Source: Promethearchaeota archaeon Loki_b31
GTDB taxonomy: Archaea; Asgardarchaeota; Lokiarchaeia; Sigyniarchaeales; SOKP01
DNA length: 47,319 nt
Assembly: GCA_005222975.1 (NCBI GenBank)
Contig: NJBI01000025.1
Location: 1 to 47,319, forward strand
Direction of reading: 5' to 3'
The first letter of the stretch is position 1. Each line of letters begins with the position of its first letter. Below are positions 47,194-47,319 of the stretch, piece after piece. Position numbers and translations under genes: made by a program. Under the pieces are notes generated by a model. The model worked only from the letters and a program-made list of their open reading frames with translations, was not told the DNA's origin and searched no databases.

Positions 47194-47319
47194 AAAAAAA
47201 AGAGAATTAGAGAATAATTTGTTAAATAAAGGTCTGAAACTCCATACTTCTACTTTCTTTTTTAAAGTTAGTAAAGATTAAATTATTCTGATAATTTTTT
47301 ATGGAAGTAGCTATGTTTG

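Overview
AT-rich archaeal chromosomal window, most likely from an Asgard (Lokiarchaeia-like) genome. This is inferred from an archaeal uS10, an archaeal/eukaryote-type SRP RNA, roadblock/LC7 proteins, an MglA-like GTPase, an LRR protein and a Bud23-like methyltransferase. Bases 1-35000 hold mostly housekeeping and anaerobic-metabolism genes. They include a divergent cluster of a CrtI/RetSat-like flavoprotein, an FNR-[2Fe-2S] reductase, an SCP2-fused glycyl radical enzyme and its activase, followed by a wHTH-roadblock fusion and an aldehyde:ferredoxin oxidoreductase. From about 35800 the DNA becomes visibly CpG-richer and accessory. It carries an MglB/MglA-like pair with TPR and nucleotidyltransferase-OB-Zn genes, a complete-looking group II intron (41182-43403), a GIY-YIG/DUF4357 nuclease and an LRR-(PCI-like)-TIR gene bracketed by 30-bp direct repeats. 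The best candidates for undescribed systems are the lipid-binding SCP2-GRE cluster and the soluble TLR-like LRR-TIR protein with recently duplicated, diversifying LRRs. Two genes appear to start at ATA. All family calls come from motif recognition by eye; no searches were run.
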